A DNA stretch of 64,000 nt, from contig JAZAMN010000052.1 of the NCBI GenBank assembly GCA_036229005.1, forward strand, positions 224,001 through 288,000, given 5' to 3'. The notes under the pieces are model-generated. The model made no database searches. It worked only from the letters and a program-made list of their open reading frames with translations, and was not told where the DNA came from. The stretch's first letter is position 1. Each line of letters begins with the position of its first letter. The stretch is from Myxococcota bacterium (GTDB lineage: Bacteria; Myxococcota_A; UBA796; CAJQPC01). Shown in pieces: positions 19,120-28,789 of this stretch. Both the position numbers and the translations under genes were made by a program.

Positions 19120-19811
19120 GGGCTGGCCCAGGACTCGCACAGCTCCTGCAGGAAGGCCTCCGTGTCCTCTCGGTCCTGCAGGCCCTGGAGCAGCGGCATT
19201 GGGCTGTCCACGACCGGGAAGAAGTAGATGGGCACGCGGGTGTAGGCCTGGGCGTTCCGCGCCACGCGGCGGTCGTCCTCGCTGTCGCCGAACATCACGC
19301 AGAGCTCTGCGCCCGCGGGGATCAGCCGCAGCAGGGCCTCGGGGTCGGGCTTGCGCACCTCGTCCATGGTCGTCGCCGCGGAGAACTGGAAGTCCAGGGT
19401 CTCCTGGGCGCGGGCGAGCTCCCAGCGGTCCCGGCCGGTGCAGGCGACCACCTCAAAGCGGGTGGAGAGGCTGGGGAGCAGGTGCGGGGGCACCAGCGGG
19501 GTCTCATCGCGCCAGTAGCCGCCGCGGTAGAGCGCCTGACCGGCCTCGGCCAGGTCGCCGGGATCGTGCCCGATGCGCGCCACGAGCTCTTCGACGGACG
19601 CCACCTGCCCAAAGATCTCGGGGCGCCCGGCGTCGATCCAGGCCTTGCAGGCGCGGGCCGTGTCCCAGTCGCAGTTGAACCCGCCGTTCTGCTTGAAGCG
19701 GTGGATCTCGTCCAGGGTGGCCCCGGAGAGCTCCTGGATGATGCGGTAGAAGCTGGGGCGCACGTCGATGAGCGCGCCGTCGATGTCACAGGCCAGGACT
19801 TTCACGTTCAC
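19113..19811 (-). CDS. HAD-superfamily hydrolase (possible histidinol-phosphatase)
   Basis: Motif I DIDGALID, CTGR, KPDP, FGDSEDD; GGFNCDWD cap motif; overlaps hisF start. Confidence 0.8.
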   Translation of the reverse strand: MNVKVLACDIDGALIDVRPSFYRIIQELSGATLDEIHRFKQNGGFNCDWDTARACKAWIDAGRPEIFGQVASVEELVARIGHDPGDLAEAGQALYRGGYWRDETPLVPPHLLPSLSTRFEVVACTGRDRWELARAQETLDFQFSAATTMDEVRKPDPEALLRLIPAGAELCVMFGDSEDDRRVARNAQAYTRVPIYFFPVVDSPMPLLQGLQDREDTEAFLQELCESWASPC

Positions 19812-19911
19812 GAGCTAACCGGGAGAGGTGACGAGGGGGTGCCGATCCGCGCGGGAGGCGTTGACAGCAGGCCCTGCCGGGCAAAGGTGGGTGCCCTGAA
19901 TTGGAGAGTAC

Positions 19912-21237
19912 ATGCCCCGCGTGTTGTCTGGCCCCTTCCAGCGGGCCTTGGTTGTCGAGAACCCCCACCCCAGCCTGGATGATCTCCTCCAGGAGGGGGC
20001 CTTCGAGGAGGTCGTGCGCGTCGCGGAGGCGCCCAACGCGGAGACCCTGCTCAAGCTGCTCAACGAGCACCGCAGCCAGGTCCTCTTCAAGCGCAGCCGG
20101 GTCCCCGTGACCCGCGAGGTCCTGGAGGGCGCCAGCGATCTGATGGCCATCCAGCTCTGCTGCATCGGGGACGACAGCATCGACAAGGCCGCCGCCGCCG
20201 AGCAGGGCGTGCTCATCTTCAATGACCCGGTCTCAAACGGTCGCTCGGTGGTCGAGCTGGTCGTGGCCAACCTCATCGCGCTGTCCCGCCGGCTCTACCA
20301 GTCGGATCGGGAGACCCACGAGGGCAACTGGCAGAAGAACAACCACGAGCGCTACGAGATCCGCGGCAAGGTCCTGGGCATCGTTGGCCTGGGCAACATC
20401 GGCCGGGCCACCGCCCGGGTCTGTGACGCCCTGGGCATGGAGATCTGCTTCTACGACAACCGCCGCGTGGCGCAGGAGGTGGGCCAGGAGATGGGCTGGC
20501 GCTCCGCTGACAGCCTGGAGTCCCTCTTCGAGAGCTGCGACTACGTGACGCTGCACCCCAGCGCCGTGGACTGGCAGGGCCGCAGCAACGACGGGCTGAT
20601 CACCCGTGAGCTGTTGATGAGACTGGGGTCGAAGCGGCCGGAGAGCTCGCCCCGCATCTACCTGAACCTCTCTCGCGGCTTCCTGCACGCACCCCAGGAT
20701 CTTCTGGATGCCATCGAGGCCGGGGTCATCCGTCGGGCCGCTGTGGACGTCTACCCCTCCGAGCCCCGCGCCAAGGGCCCGGGCTGGACCAAGAACCCCT
20801 ACGCCAACGAGCCGCGGGTCATCTGCAGCCCGCACATCGGCGCGGCCACCCAGGAGGCCCAGCCCCGCATCGCCCTCCGGGTCTCCCGCACCACCAACGG
20901 CTTCTCCGAGCGCGGGGCCATCCGGGACTGCGTCTACTCGCCCCGCACCCAGATCTCCATGGCGGACGACCTGCGCGCTGGCCGCGCCGTCCTGGTGGTC
21001 GTGCACTCCACCACCCGGGGTACCAAGCGGGCGCTGGACGCGGCCATCTTCGAGGCCGGCGCCGACAACCTGCGCTCCGAGCACCAGGACCTGGGCGACT
21101 GGGGCATCGCGGTCGACGTGAACCTGCTGGACCGGCCGCTGCCTCGCAGCGCCCTGGACAGCATCGTGGCCCGCACCGAGGCGCTGAGCGGGGAGTCCGG
21201 CGCGGTCCGGAGCATCCGGCAGGTGCTGCTGAGCTGA
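19912..21237 (+). CDS. serA: D-3-phosphoglycerate dehydrogenase-like protein
   Basis: CIGDD, NGRSVVE, GIVGLGNIG, NLSRG, DVYPSEP, PHIGAATQEAQ; C-terminal ACT-like region. Confidence 0.85.
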   Translation: MPRVLSGPFQRALVVENPHPSLDDLLQEGAFEEVVRVAEAPNAETLLKLLNEHRSQVLFKRSRVPVTREVLEGASDLMAIQLCCIGDDSIDKAAAAEQGVLIFNDPVSNGRSVVELVVANLIALSRRLYQSDRETHEGNWQKNNHERYEIRGKVLGIVGLGNIGRATARVCDALGMEICFYDNRRVAQEVGQEMGWRSADSLESLFESCDYVTLHPSAVDWQGRSNDGLITRELLMRLGSKRPESSPRIYLNLSRGFLHAPQDLLDAIEAGVIRRAAVDVYPSEPRAKGPGWTKNPYANEPRVICSPHIGAATQEAQPRIALRVSRTTNGFSERGAIRDCVYSPRTQISMADDLRAGRAVLVVVHSTTRGTKRALDAAIFEAGADNLRSEHQDLGDWGIAVDVNLLDRPLPRSALDSIVARTEALSGESGAVRSIRQVLLS

Positions 21238-21266
21238 GGGCGCGCCCCGGGCAGCCTGAACGCAGA

Positions 21267-21305
21267 ACGGGCCGACAGTCACTCTCGACTGCCGGCCCGT
21301 GTTGT
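21267..21305. terminator. Bidirectional intrinsic terminator
   Basis: Hairpin acgggccgacagtc-actctc-gactgccggcccgt between convergent genes. Confidence 0.7.
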
Positions 21306-21325
21306 CTCTGGGACGCCTCAGCGGC

Positions 21326-23284
21326 TCAGGACTCGCCCTTGTCGTCAGCCTTGGCAGCCGAGTCGGCGCTGGCTTCGGTCTTGGCGCTGGCCGCCTTGGT
21401 CCGCACCGTGGTGGTCCGCTTGCGGGTGGTCGAGCTGCTGGCGCTGCTCTCCTTCGTCGCGGCGGAGGTGGTGCGGGGCTTGCGGGTGCGGGTGGTCTTC
21501 TTGGCCGCGGGCTTCTCGGCCTCGGCAGGCGCCTCAGCAGCCTCAGCGCCCTTCTCAGCGGGGGCGTCGGTCGCTGTGGAGGACGTCGACTTGGCGCTCG
21601 CGGTCTTCTTGGCCGCGGGCTTCTTGGTCGTCGTCTTCTTGGCTGCCGTCGTCTTCTTGGCGGTGCTGCTGCGCTTGGTGGTGGTCCGCTTGGCCGGAGC
21701 CTTGGCGGGAGCCTCCTCGGCGGGGGCCTCAGCGGCCTCCTTCACCGGAGCCTCGGCAGGAGCCTTGGCGGGAGCCTCGGCGGGCGCATCAGCCTTCGCG
21801 GACTTGGTGTCCTCGCTGGCGGTCGCGGGCTTTGCGGCCTTGGAGGTGGAGCTCCGCTTGCGCGGTGCACGGGTCCGCTTGGGCTTGCTGGGTGCCTCCT
21901 CCTTCTTGGCCTCTTCCTTGTCAGCGGGCTTCTCCGCTTCCTTGGCGGCCGGCTTGTCGGCATCCTTGTCAGCGTCCTTGGCAGCGGACTTGCTGGCAGA
22001 GGACTTGGAGGGGCTGCCGGACAGCTCCCAGGCCATCAGCTCTTCGACCACTCGGGTCTTGCTGCGGTCGCCGAACAGCAGCTCAGCGACGTCGGGGACC
22101 ACCTTCTTGAGGGCGACACCCTGCTCCTGCAGGGTCTTGAGGGCGGCGACGTCCAGGGTCTTCATCACGCCCGCGGCGTCCTTCACGCCCAGCTCGAACG
22201 CGGCGAAGAAGCTGCGGACGGGCTCGCCGTCGGTGTGTCGGAACACCCCCTGGGCGTGGAGCACGTTCACCAGGCTCTTGACCTGACGGCCATTGAGCGA
22301 GGTCTCCCCGCTGCGCACCTTCTTCGCGGAGTCCTGGGTCACCCACTGGATGTTGACCCGCTTGTTGCGGCCGCTGCGGTCGGCGATCACCTGCATCATC
22401 GCGTCGGCCAGGGCCTGACGATGCTCGCGGGTGAGCAGCTCCAGCTCCTCGCCCTTGAGGATGTCGTAGAGCTTGCGGGCGCCGGAGGACAGCTCCAGAT
22501 CGGTGCCGCTCTCGGAGCCGCCGCCATCGTCTTCGGCGTCGACCAGGTAGCCGCCGCCCTTCTGGTCGCGGGACAGCGAGATGATGTTCTGCTTCTGGCA
22601 GTACTCCAGGAAGCGGGCGAAGCTGGAGAAGCCCAGGTCGGCCTCGTTGAACGCCGGGTGCTTGCGGAGAAGCTGCTCCTTGATCCGGCTCCCGTGGGCG
22701 GGCTTGGGGTCCTCGCGCTGCAGGGCGGCCAGGGCCTCCGTGACCAGCTCCATGGCCTCTTCGCGGCTGAGCTTGTTGGGCGTGTCCTCGCCCTCGCTGC
22801 GACGCTTGGGGCGCTGGGTCTTCTGCTGACGCAGGGTGTCGTAGAAGATGAACTCGTCCACGGCCTCCACGATCAGGCGGCTGGTGCTGCGGCGGGTGCC
22901 GAGCCCGATCACCCGCTTGTCCAGCTCGCGGAGCTTCTGGATCAGGGGGGTGAAGTCGGAGTCACCCGAGACCACGACGAAGGTGTCGATGTAGTCGCGG
23001 GTCAGGGCCAGCTCCATGCAGTCGACGACCAGCGCGACGTCGGCGCGGTTCTTGTCGTTCATGCCGTGGGCCGACAGCTCGAAGAGCTGCACGGATTCGA
23101 AGAGCATGTCCTTCTTGAAGCGGGCGAAGCGGCCCCAGTCGGCGTAGCTGCGGGCGATCAGGACTTTGCCCTTCTCGCGCAGTCGGTTCATGATCAGGCC
23201 GACGTTGACCTTGCCAAGGCCTTCCTTTTCGGTGCCTGCGGCGATGTTCTCAAAGTCGATGAGAACGGCGATTTTCGGTTCCAA
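21326..23284 (-). CDS. NYN (LabA/PIN-like) domain protein with OST-HTH/LOTUS domain and Lys/Ala/Thr-rich tail
   Basis: IAVLIDFEN, KNRADVALVVD, VSGDSDFTPL; PAFNEADLGFSSFARFLE (LOTUS); long KKTT/AKK tail; TTG start inferred. Confidence 0.88.
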   Translation of the reverse strand: MEPKIAVLIDFENIAAGTEKEGLGKVNVGLIMNRLREKGKVLIARSYADWGRFARFKKDMLFESVQLFELSAHGMNDKNRADVALVVDCMELALTRDYIDTFVVVSGDSDFTPLIQKLRELDKRVIGLGTRRSTSRLIVEAVDEFIFYDTLRQQKTQRPKRRSEGEDTPNKLSREEAMELVTEALAALQREDPKPAHGSRIKEQLLRKHPAFNEADLGFSSFARFLEYCQKQNIISLSRDQKGGGYLVDAEDDGGGSESGTDLELSSGARKLYDILKGEELELLTREHRQALADAMMQVIADRSGRNKRVNIQWVTQDSAKKVRSGETSLNGRQVKSLVNVLHAQGVFRHTDGEPVRSFFAAFELGVKDAAGVMKTLDVAALKTLQEQGVALKKVVPDVAELLFGDRSKTRVVEELMAWELSGSPSKSSASKSAAKDADKDADKPAAKEAEKPADKEEAKKEEAPSKPKRTRAPRKRSSTSKAAKPATASEDTKSAKADAPAEAPAKAPAEAPVKEAAEAPAEEAPAKAPAKRTTTKRSSTAKKTTAAKKTTTKKPAAKKTASAKSTSSTATDAPAEKGAEAAEAPAEAEKPAAKKTTRTRKPRTTSAATKESSASSSTTRKRTTTVRTKAASAKTEASADSAAKADDKGES

Positions 23285-23465
23285 GTTCCATCTCGCGTGA
23301 TTGCGCGCCGGCGGGCGATTCATTTCGCCCCGCGCTTGTGAGGGGGACGGCGGCGAGGCCGCTTCATTGCGGCTGCAGGCCCTCCCGCTGGGGCACGTAT
23401 CACGTCCGCGCCAGGGACATCTGGGACAATGGGACAATCCTGCGAGAGGGCGATAGCCACAGCAC

Positions 23466-24290
23466 ATGCGCTTCGACTCCTTCTCCGGCTCCAGCCGCTA
23501 CATCGCCGACCCCGACCTGCTGTCCGCGGTCAACGCCGCCATCGCCCTCCAGCGACCGCTGATCGTCAAGGGGGAGCCCGGCACGGGCAAGACCCTGTTG
23601 GCCCACGCCATCGCCGAAGCCCTGGAGAAGCCGCTGCTCTCCTGGCACGTCAAGTCCACCTCCAAGGCCAGCGAGGGGCTCTACACCTATGACGTGGTGC
23701 AGCGCCTGAACGACTCCCGCTTCGGTGACGGGGACGTCTCGGACATCCGCCGCTACATCAAGCTGGGCCCCATGGGGCGGGCCTTCGCCAGCGATCAGCA
23801 GGTGGTCCTGCTCCTGGACGAGATCGACAAGGCGGACCTGGAGTTCCCCAACGATCTGCTCCGCGAGCTCGACGAGATGCAGTTCTACATCCCCGAGCTG
23901 GACGAGACCGTCAGCGCCAGGCACCGGCCGGTGACCATCATCACCTCCAACGCCGAGAAGGAGCTCCCCGACGCCTTCCTGCGCCGCTGCGTGTTCCACT
24001 ACATCGGCTTCCCCGACAAGGAGCGCATGGCCAAGATCGTCGCGGTCCACCACCCGGACCTGGACAGCGCCCTGCTGGAGACGGCCATGAACCGCTTCTA
24101 CCGGCTGCGCAAGACCGACGGCCTCCGCAAGAAGCCCAGCACCTCCGAGTTCCTGGATTGGCTCACGGTCCTCGTCCGCGCCGGCATCCCCGTCGAGCGC
24201 ATCGACAAGGAGATGCCCTTCCTGGGCGTGCTCCTCAAGCAGGAGAAGGACCTGGAGACCCTTGAGATCCGGCGCAAGCGGGGCCACTGA
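23466..24290 (+). CDS. MoxR-family AAA+ ATPase
   Basis: GEPGTGKT, LLDEIDKAD.EFPNDLL, ITSNAEKELPDAFLRRC, KKPSTSE. Confidence 0.92.
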   Translation: MRFDSFSGSSRYIADPDLLSAVNAAIALQRPLIVKGEPGTGKTLLAHAIAEALEKPLLSWHVKSTSKASEGLYTYDVVQRLNDSRFGDGDVSDIRRYIKLGPMGRAFASDQQVVLLLDEIDKADLEFPNDLLRELDEMQFYIPELDETVSARHRPVTIITSNAEKELPDAFLRRCVFHYIGFPDKERMAKIVAVHHPDLDSALLETAMNRFYRLRKTDGLRKKPSTSEFLDWLTVLVRAGIPVERIDKEMPFLGVLLKQEKDLETLEIRRKRGH

Positions 24291-25486
24291 TGGCCACCGA
24301 GACCGTCAACTCCGGGAGCGACAGCGTCCACGGCCGGCTCTTCCTGCCGCTGCTCTACAACCTCCGCGCCCAGGGCCTCCCCGTCGGAACGGGGGAGTGG
24401 CTTGCCTTCCTGGAGGGCCTCAAGGCCAACCTCGCCCGGGATCTGGACGGCGTCTACCGCCTGGGCCGCGCGCTCCTGGTCCACAAAGAGGCGCACTACG
24501 ACGCCTACGACATCGCCTTCCACGCCACCTTCGCCGGTGTGGAGCTCAAGCCTGAGCTCAAGGAGGCCCTGGAGAGCTGGCTGAACGACCCCGCCGCCTG
24601 GGAAGAGGGCCGCCCCCCCGGAGAGCATCAGTTCGCCTCCCTCGAAGAGCTGCTCCAGGCCCTCGCCGACACCCTCCGTGAGCAACAGGAGCGGCACGAG
24701 GGCGGCAACCGCTGGGTAGGCACAGGCGGGACCAGCCCCTACGGCAACTCCGGCAAGGCCAATCAGGGCGTCCGAATCGGCGGCAGCGGGGGAGGCCGCA
24801 GCGCGGTCCGGGTCGCCGGTGAGCGGCGCTGGCAGGGCTACCGCACCGACCTCAAGCTGGAGATCCGCGACTTCAAGGTCGCCCTCCGCGAGCTGCGCAA
24901 GCTCAAGCGCGAAGGCCACGAGGTCCTGGATCTCGACGGCACCATCGACAGCACCGCCAAGAACGCCGGCGACATCGACCTGGTCTTCACCAAGGAGCGC
25001 GCCAACCGCGTGCGCTTGCTCCTGCTCATGGACGCAGGCGGCTCGATGGCCCCCCACGCGCAGCTCGTCTCCCGCCTCTTCACGGCCTCCAAGGAGATGA
25101 AGACCTTCAAGAGCCTGGACCACTACTACTTCCACAACTGCGTCTACGGCTGGCTCTACCGCGACTACCAGACCTGGGATCGCCGCCGCACGGAAGAGGT
25201 CCTCCGCGAGCTCACCCCCGAGCACCGGGTGATCTTCGTCGGCGACGCATCGATGGCCCCCTGGGAGCTCTTCGCGGACAGCGGCGGCTTCGGCGAGCGC
25301 GGCCCCAGCGGCCACGAGTGGCTCCAGCGCATCAAGGCCGAGTGTCCCCACAGCGTCTGGCTCAACCCCGATCCGCAGACCTACTGGCGCCACCCCACCG
25401 TCAGCGCGATCGGCACGCTGTTCCCGATGTTCCCGCTGACCATCGACGGTCTCCGAGAGGCCACCCGCAAGCTCCGGGCCGCTTGA
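24290..25486 (+). CDS. VWA (CoxE-like) domain protein, MoxR partner
   Basis: GGNRWVGTGGTSPYG, LLMDAGGSM, YFHNCVY, FVGDASM, WLNP; TGATG coupling to moxR. Confidence 0.88.
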   Translation: MATETVNSGSDSVHGRLFLPLLYNLRAQGLPVGTGEWLAFLEGLKANLARDLDGVYRLGRALLVHKEAHYDAYDIAFHATFAGVELKPELKEALESWLNDPAAWEEGRPPGEHQFASLEELLQALADTLREQQERHEGGNRWVGTGGTSPYGNSGKANQGVRIGGSGGGRSAVRVAGERRWQGYRTDLKLEIRDFKVALRELRKLKREGHEVLDLDGTIDSTAKNAGDIDLVFTKERANRVRLLLLMDAGGSMAPHAQLVSRLFTASKEMKTFKSLDHYYFHNCVYGWLYRDYQTWDRRRTEEVLRELTPEHRVIFVGDASMAPWELFADSGGFGERGPSGHEWLQRIKAECPHSVWLNPDPQTYWRHPTVSAIGTLFPMFPLTIDGLREATRKLRAA

Positions 25487-26812
25487 GTGTGGTGGGCGTG
25501 GCTGGCCTGCAGCGCCGCCGACCGGGGGGACCGCGCCTTCGAGCAGGGTGACTGGGAGCAGGCCGTCTCCCGGTATCAAGAGGCCGTTGGGCTCACGGAC
25601 ACCCAGGCCCAACGTCTGGCCCGGTCCTGCCTCAAGCTCGACAGACCCGACTGCGCAGACGAGGCACTGCGTGGCGTGACGGATCTCGACGCAAACGGGG
25701 CTCTGGTCCGCTGCGTGCTCACCCAGGACCTTGCCGACTGCGCGTTGGACGAGCCCAGCCTGTCCTCGCCGGCGCTGCAGGTCAATGCGTGTTTGCTGGC
25801 GCTGACCCAGGACAAGAGGTGGGCCCCCGGTCTCTGTGAGGCCGCGATGCTCGCTGCCCCCCTGGACCCCCTGCCGAGGCTGGCTGCCGCAGAGCTCGCT
25901 CTGGATGAGGGCATGCGCCCTGCCGCCCTCAAGCTGCTGGAGAGCGTGGGCTCCCTGGAGCTCGGGGACTCTGAGCTGGCCTGGACCATGGCTCTCTGGC
26001 AGCGCGCCGGCCTGCCTCTGGAGGCCTGTCAGCTTGGGAAGGGGAGGAGAGCGGAGGGGCTGGGGCTCGGGGCTGCCTGTCTCGCCGCCGGGGATCCGGC
26101 TGGGGAGGACATCCTCGAGGAGCTCGGCACCCCCGAGGCCAGGGTCCTGCTGCTCCGCCTGAGCCTCGCCCGCGCAGAGGCGGCGCGCCCCGGACCCGAG
26201 CGCAGCCTGGAGCTCGACAAGGCGGAGTCGCTGCTCCGAGGCTTGGGGCCCCTCTCCGAGACCTCGGGGGTGCTCACCGACCGCGGGCGCCTGCGCCGCC
26301 TGCAGGGACGCGAAGATGACGCCATCGCACTCTTTGCGCAGGCCTTGGCCCAGGACCCTGAGGAGCTGGCGCCGCGCTTGAACCTCTCCCGGCTGCACCA
26401 CCAGCGGGGGGACTCCGCCGCCGCGCTCCTGGTGTTGATGCAGGCCCCGGAGCTGGACCCCGTGGAGTCGCTGGCCCTGGAGCTCGAAGTGGCCCAGCTC
26501 CGCTCGGCCACGGGGGATCTGGAGACCGCGGCGCTGCTGGAGCTCCTTGAGCGCTGTGAGAAGGCAGGGCAGCGGCAGTGCGCAGCGGAGACCACCTTCC
26601 TGTTGGCCATGCACGCGGAGAGCGACGAGGTGGGCGTGGCGTGGCTGGACCGCGCGCTGGAGCTCGGCGGGCTGGTCATGGGCAGACGGGCGCTCGCGGA
26701 GCCACGCCTGCTCGAGCTGGTGGCCTCCCCGGCTGCTGTGGCTTGGGAGCGAGACCCTGCGCTGAGGGAGATCCGGGCCCAGGCGAGCGCGATGGCGGGG
26801 GGGGCTCGCTGA
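25487..26812 (+). CDS. TPR-like helical repeat lipoprotein
   Basis: MWWAWLAC start; GDRAFEQGDWEQAVSRYQEA and further TPR-like units; abuts the VWA gene stop. Confidence 0.65.
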   Translation: MWWAWLACSAADRGDRAFEQGDWEQAVSRYQEAVGLTDTQAQRLARSCLKLDRPDCADEALRGVTDLDANGALVRCVLTQDLADCALDEPSLSSPALQVNACLLALTQDKRWAPGLCEAAMLAAPLDPLPRLAAAELALDEGMRPAALKLLESVGSLELGDSELAWTMALWQRAGLPLEACQLGKGRRAEGLGLGAACLAAGDPAGEDILEELGTPEARVLLLRLSLARAEAARPGPERSLELDKAESLLRGLGPLSETSGVLTDRGRLRRLQGREDDAIALFAQALAQDPEELAPRLNLSRLHHQRGDSAAALLVLMQAPELDPVESLALELEVAQLRSATGDLETAALLELLERCEKAGQRQCAAETTFLLAMHAESDEVGVAWLDRALELGGLVMGRRALAEPRLLELVASPAAVAWERDPALREIRAQASAMAGGAR

Positions 26813-26942
26813 TGCTCCGGGGCAGCCCTGGCATAGCCCCGATGGCCCGCCGGTCCAGCGTGCCACGGTCCTGCAACAGCGCGGGGCTGAGGGACGCTTC
26901 GGGTTGTCGTGTCGCCGAGGCTTGCTATTAGAGGGCCGTCAC

Positions 26943-27014
26943 TGGGGCGTCGCCAAGTGGTAAGGCAGCGGGTTTTGGTCCCGCCATTCGCAGGTTCGAA
27001 TCCTGCCGCCCCAA
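26943..27014 (+). tRNA. tRNA-Gln (TTG), CCA not encoded
   Basis: Acceptor TGGGGCG/CGCCCCA, anticodon loop TT-TTG-GT, GGTTCGAATCC T arm; canonical position before prs. Confidence 0.95.
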
Positions 27015-27054
27015 ACTTCACATCCTCCGCTCCTTCTGCTCCGAGGCGAGACCG

Positions 27055-28005
27055 ATGTACGGTGAGATCAAGCTCTTGACCGGGAACGCCAACCCGGAAC
27101 TGGCCCAATCCATCTGCAAGCATCTCGGAGTGTCCCTGGGGCAGGCCAAGGTCGGTCGCTTCTCGGACGGGGAGGTCCAGGTGGAGATCGCGGACAACGT
27201 CCGCGGGCGGGATGTCTTCCTGCTGCAGCCGACCTCCGCGCCGGCCAACGACAACCTGATGGAGCTGCTGATCCTCGGGGACGCCTGCAAGCGCGCCAGC
27301 GCAGGGCGGGTGACCGCGGTGGTGCCGTACTACGGCTACGCACGTCAGGATCGCAAGGTGGCGCCGCGTGCGCCGATCACCGCCAAGCTGATCGCCGATC
27401 TCTTCTCCGCGGTGGGCTTTGACCGGGTCCTGACCATGGACCTGCACGCTGGCCAGATCCAGGGCTTCTTCGACACCCCGGTGGACAACCTCTACGCCAG
27501 CCCGCGCCTCATCGGCTACCTGCGGGAGAAGACCGTGGGGCGGGACGACGTGGTGGTGGTGAGCCCCGACGCGGGCGGCACCGAGCGCGCCCGGGCCTAC
27601 GCCAAGAGCCTGGGGGCCGCCCTGGCCATCGTCGACAAGCGCCGCAGCGGCCCCAACGTGGCCGAGGTCATGCACATCATCGGCGATGTGAAGGGCAAGT
27701 ACGCCGTGCTGGTGGACGACATGATCGACACCGCGGGCACCCTCACCAAGGCGGCCAAGGCCATCATGGAGAACGGCGCGAAGGAGGTCATCGCGGTGGC
27801 CACCCATCCCGTGCTCTCTGGCCCCGCCGCCGAGCGCATCGCGGCCGCCCCCTTGAGCGAGGTGGTCGTCACCGACACCATCCCGCTCTCGCCCGAGGCT
27901 CGGGCCACCGGCAAGATCAAGGTGGCCAGCGTCGCGGTGCTCCTGGCCGAGGCCATCCGCAGCATCCACCACTCCGACTCGGTGTCGCGCCTCTTCAGCG
28001 TCTGA
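27055..28005 (+). CDS. prs: Ribose-phosphate pyrophosphokinase
   Basis: [37 protein letters not shown]. Confidence 0.97.
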   Translation: MYGEIKLLTGNANPELAQSICKHLGVSLGQAKVGRFSDGEVQVEIADNVRGRDVFLLQPTSAPANDNLMELLILGDACKRASAGRVTAVVPYYGYARQDRKVAPRAPITAKLIADLFSAVGFDRVLTMDLHAGQIQGFFDTPVDNLYASPRLIGYLREKTVGRDDVVVVSPDAGGTERARAYAKSLGAALAIVDKRRSGPNVAEVMHIIGDVKGKYAVLVDDMIDTAGTLTKAAKAIMENGAKEVIAVATHPVLSGPAAERIAAAPLSEVVVTDTIPLSPEARATGKIKVASVAVLLAEAIRSIHHSDSVSRLFSV

Positions 28006-28202
28006 GGCTTGCCCCGATGGGCTGGGGGAGATAAGGCGGCGCCGCGAAGGCCACAGGTCATCGCTTCAAACCGCCGCCGCGTTGGATGCCCCCGGGCGTC
28101 CCGGAGCCCATGACGCGACTGGCCGGCGCTCTCCCGTTTTGGGCTGGGCGCCAATCGCACGCTGAACAGGCGCGAGGGCTCCCGCCGAACCGGGAACTTC
28201 TC

Positions 28203-28772
28203 ATGGACGCCACCCCGCTGCAGGCACAGAGCCGCACGGACTTCGGGAAGGGGGCTGCTCGCAAGCTGCGCGCCGCCGGCCAGATCCCCGCGCTGGTGTA
28301 CCGCGATGGTGCTGAGCCCACCCACGTCGCCGTGGATCCCCAGGCCCTCAGCCTCATCTACCAGCGCTCCAACAACCCCAACACCATCTTGGGCCTGACC
28401 GTCGGTGAGCAGGTGATCAACTGCCTGCTGGTCGACACCCAGAAGCACCCCGTCAGCCGCAAGCTGCTGCACGCGGACTTCTACGCGATCCGCGAGGACG
28501 AGTCCGTCCTGGTCGAGGTTCCGGTCGTGCCCGTGGGCAAGGCAAAGGGTGCCACCTTCGGTGGCAAGATCCAGCGCCTGCGCCACACCGTCCCCGTCCG
28601 CGCCCTCCCCAAGGATATCCCCGCGGTCATCGAGGTGGACGTGTCCCCGCTGGACCTGGGCGACATCCTCCGCTCCACCGAGGTCAGCACCCCCGAGGGC
28701 TGCACCATCGTGAGCGACACGCCCTTCAACGTGTTCGCCTGCAAGGGTCGCCGCGTCGCGGCTTCCAGCTGA
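28203..28772 (+). CDS. rplY: 50S ribosomal protein bL25 (Ctc type)
   Basis: GKGAARKLRAAGQIPALVY, Q.HPV...LLHADFY, CTC C-terminal domain; prs-rplY-pth synteny. Confidence 0.95.
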   Translation: MDATPLQAQSRTDFGKGAARKLRAAGQIPALVYRDGAEPTHVAVDPQALSLIYQRSNNPNTILGLTVGEQVINCLLVDTQKHPVSRKLLHADFYAIREDESVLVEVPVVPVGKAKGATFGGKIQRLRHTVPVRALPKDIPAVIEVDVSPLDLGDILRSTEVSTPEGCTIVSDTPFNVFACKGRRVAASS

Positions 28773-28789
28773 GCGCCAGGACGTCCTGA

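Noticed and set aside
21326..26812. Anti-phage defence system (nuclease plus ATPase)
   Set aside because: Composition and context look like core genome, the NYN gene is divergent from the ATPase, and there are no defence-island markers
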